The notes under the pieces: generated by a model
Database searches by the model: none
What the model saw: the letters and a program-made list of their open reading frames with translations, nothing else
Told to the model about the DNA's origin: nothing
In this document: positions 58,915 to 64,000 of the stretch, piece after piece
Position numbering within the stretch: the stretch's first letter is position 1
How the letters are laid out: each line of letters begins with the position of its first letter
Source: the human T2T-CHM13v2.0 reference genome, Homo sapiens
Length of the DNA: 64,000 nucleotides
Assembly (NCBI RefSeq): GCF_009914755.1
Contig: NC_060926.1
Strand: one strand, 5' to 3'
Position numbers and translations under genes: made by a program

Positions 58915-60299
58915 CTCGGAAAGGGAACTCCCTGACCCCTTGCGCTTCCCAGGTGAGGCAATGCCTCGCCCTGCTTCGGCTCGCGCACGGTGCGCGCACC
59001 CACTGGCCTGCGCCCACTGTCTGGCACTCCCTAGTGAGATGAACCCGGTACCTCAGATGGAAATGCAGAAATCACCCCTCTTCTGCGTCGCTCACGCTGG
59101 GAGCTGTAGACCAGAGCTGTTCCTATTCGGCCATCTTGGCTCCTCCAGAATAAACCTATTTTTTGAGGTAAGTATTATACAATTGTGAGAGGGTCATGAT
59201 TCTTTTGAAGGTCAAGTTCAGATTTTCAATGCTCAGATGCATTTTTTCAGTTCTTATTAATATTCTTAAAACAAAATTGAGATTACTTTTCTTCTGAGAA
59301 TTCATTGCAACCTGGAGACAGGCTTCTTTGACTATTGCTGCTGCTGCTGTTATTTATTTTTGGGTAGTACTCTTATCAGTTATTTTCTTGTATATAGAAC
59401 TTCTGGCCAGAAGACAAACTGAGCAGATATAGGAATTCCCTCTTTCCACTCCAAAACTTGAGAAATGTTGAATAAAATATTTAAACATTCAAGACATATA
59501 TAGCTAAGTTCAAATACAAGAAGAGAAAATCACCAGGTACCAAAAATGAAGAGAGGGCCCACACAATCCTCCTCATCTCTGTGTCAGTTGGGGGATTCTG
59601 GACCAGATATACACTTTAGAGGCTAGAGTGTTAACATCCATGAGAATGTAGGTGTACAGGTGAAAAAGATCCATTTGGGGAGCAGGAACTGGACTCCTTA
59701 TTACGGCTATGAGTCTGAAAAATGCTACTCCACTCCCTACCCAGAGTTTAGGATGGAACTGAGCTGCCTGCTGCTCCAGGATGTGGATCAATACAGTTTC
59801 TTGTGAGAGATTGAACTCTCAGCCACATTTATTTTGTGGGCTCACCTGGAGCTACCTGGTGAGGAACAAACACTGGTTTGTAACCAGTAAACCAGACAAG
59901 ATCCCAGCATACCTGTATTTCTATACCCACTATATGAATATTTGGTATGACAGATATTTATATTTTACTCAAATTTCCCATCCAAATGGGAAATCTGCTA
60001 TAATGAATCTACATGTATTTGCCACTGAAAATATTTGTTACATGGGGGTTCAGTTGAAGATGTAGTTTCTACGACTATTATGATAGTTTCTACTGTAATG
60101 TCCTCAAGTTCACTTCTCTTTTCTTCTGCATGATTTAATCTGCTGTTAATCTCATCTAGTAATATTTTGATTTGTTATTATAATTTTAATCTCTACAAGT
60201 TCCATTGGTTCGTTCTGTATAACTCCCATTTCTCTATTCTTTACTTTCAAGTTTTTAAAAAATCGTTAAGCACGTTTAGCATCTTTATAATAATAATTA

Positions 60300-60610
<311 letters not shown>

Positions 60611-61524
60611 AAATAATTAGAGTATAGTTCATTAACATTTAATGGAAGCTGGTTCTCGTTGCGGGTAAGATGGAATAAGTAAACTCTACTCTGTCTCTCT
60701 CTCTCTGAATATAACTAAAAATCTGGAAAGAATGCATGGAACAGCTTTCGGAGGAGTCTTAAAAGTAAAACGGAGCAGTTAGCAGGGCAAAAAAAAAACC
60801 AGAAGTCAAAGTAGGAATGATCCAGGAGTGAGTTTCATGGTTGTTGTTGTTCTTGTTTTTCTCATTTCATCCAGCCTTGTGTTAAACAGCATGAATCCCA
60901 GAACCGTGTACTGGGTGTCAACAGAAAGAGCTCCAAGAGAAACCTTCTTTTTCTTGTCTGAGGAGAGGGAAGGTGGGCACCAACAAGACATAGCATGGGA
61001 GAAATCTCCTGGGAATTTTTTTTTTTTTTCTGCTTTCTTTCTGTCTTGTCCCAGCTCCCAGGCAAACTCCAGTCCTGAATCTGCAATCTTGTGATGGTTA
61101 TGTGATGAGGGTAGCAGCTGCTGGGAGGCATCTAAAACTCTGAAGGAAGGGAATTCTCTCCCATCTAGAGGAATTGTGGTCCAAATACCACAGGAGAAAT
61201 TCTGTTGCTTTTTGCCCTCTCTCTGTTTTCCTGCCTCTTGGCTTCAGAGGCAGACCCAGATGTGGGAAGCAGTTGGGCAAAGAAGGGAGACCACCAAGGC
61301 TCTGTTGTTCTAGCTAGAGGACCTGGAAGGGGGATCCCTGGAAGCCAGAATGTCAGGGAGAATTGAGGAGCAGAAGTAGCTCAGGAAAGAAATCCCATGA
61401 AGTTGTGTAAGAATGCTTGGGCCTACCCTAAGCTGCACATAGGTGTATCTGACCCTAAACAGCATACCAAAGCCTTTGAGAACTAACCTATAGAGTAGAC
61501 AACTGCTCAGTTTCCATATAGTGC

Positions 61525-61834
<310 letters not shown>

Positions 61835-62175
61835 GATAGTGCTCTTTTAGGACAGCAAAAGAGCACTGCAAAAAGGTTTTGTAAACAACTGACATGGGAA
61901 TCTAGTCCACAAAAGATGGCTCAAAACCATGATTTCTGAGGAAATGAACCAGTTCCTTGAAAGCTACAAATCACCAAAATTCACCTAAGAACAAATAGAT
62001 AATTCTTGTTTTAGCAGCTACTTTAGTTGGTTGTACTCAGCCTGCAAATTCTGTCTCTTGGTTGGCAACTCAAATTTCAGTTTAGCTCTTTTATCCTTAG
62101 CTGAGCTGCTTGCAGTCTGCCCCACACATGCTTAATCAGCAATCAGATGGAGATTTGGGCAGTTCTTTTACATAG

Positions 62176-62634
<459 letters not shown>

Positions 62635-63136
62635 TAGAATGACACAGCATTGACCATGGGCTTCCCTCAAGCTAAAGCCATAACAAAAATAAACTTACCC
62701 TATGCTTCATTCTGTCTCCCAACTTTCACCTTTCCTCCAGAATGTTACTTCATTTGTTAATTGTAAAGAGCCTTCAGGTAGTTGTTTTTCTGTATTTTGT
62801 CCCAAGTTGATAGTTATCTGCGGGAGGATTGGCCTGATAGGAGCTCACTTAGCCACATTGAAAGTAGAACTCCTTCCCATGCCATTTAATATTCTATGAT
62901 ATTATTTTACTTATAAAAATTAATATATTCACATGATTCAAAATTCTAAAGTACACAAGATTATACAATGAAGTCTCTCTTTCCTACCCTGTCCTGAGAT
63001 ACTTAGTTTTTTTTCCCATATGCAGTTCCTTATGTGTTCTTCCAGAGATGATATATGCTTAATGAAACAAATATGTAATTTTTCTTTTTTTACAGAAATG
63101 ATAGCATGCTATTTACACTTTTCTCCACATAACTTT

Positions 63137-63184
63137 AGTTAGCAATATACGATGTAGATCAGTTAGCAATATATGATGTAGATC
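63137..63184. repeat. 24-bp tandem duplication
   Basis: AGTTAGCAATATA(C/T)GATGTAGATC x2. Confidence 0.9.
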
Positions 63185-63374
63185 ATTCTGTTTCAATATA
63201 TACAGAACATTCTCATTTTTTAAAACAGATATGTAGTATCCTATTATTTTGTTATTCCCTTATGGTAGTATTTTAATCATTGTATAATAAAGATTGATTG
63301 TATGAATCATACTTTAGCTATCAAATCCCTGTTATTTGGGTTATTTTTAGTTTTTCATTATTGAAATTATATAA

Positions 63375-63746
<372 letters not shown>

Positions 63747-64000
63747 CCATGACTATTTTCTAAAAATGAGTTTGTAGTAGAATGTCAGGTCAAAGCTTAT
63801 GTACATTTGAAGGTTTTTGAAACACATTGTTAAATGACCACCAGAAAAGTTACATAAATTTAAATTACTGCCAATAATATTTGAGTACCCATTTTCTAAC
63901 ATGCTTATCAATAGAGGATTTTTTTTCAACCTTTATAAATTTTGTAGGCAAAATGGCATGTAAATATATACACCTACTATGTACCCACAAAGAGAAATAA

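Overview
Primate (very likely human) genomic DNA with two spliced genes arranged head-to-head around a compact CpG-rich promoter at about 44.3-44.7 kb. CIR1 is on the minus strand (coding exons 1-8 present, gene continues beyond the left edge). SCRN3 is on the plus strand (non-coding exon 1 and coding exons 2-5; exon 6 onward lies beyond the right edge). I reconstructed the exons by hand from splice sites and reading-frame phase. The rest is mostly transposon-derived: about 30 Alus, two full-length THE1 (MaLR) LTR elements, a Tigger1 fragment, old L1/L2/MIR/MER fragments, and a full-length ~6.0-kb L1PA2-like LINE-1 inserted antisense in SCRN3 intron 5. The most interesting candidate system is that this L1 has the parts needed to break SCRN3 in two. 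An antisense AATAAA lies about 590 nt after exon 5. The antisense promoter carries an intact 71-aa ORF0 whose first splice donor is phase 1, the same phase as SCRN3 intron 5, which predicts an in-frame ORF0-SCRN3 fusion protein. CIR1 has unusual splicing features: an 11-nt microexon, a GC-AG intron, and a candidate alternative exon interrupted by a tailless Alu. Its intron 7 also holds a long palindrome. Repeat subfamily names come from remembered consensus features, not alignments. All expression claims are untested inferences. Most short ORFs in the supplied track are repeat artefacts.
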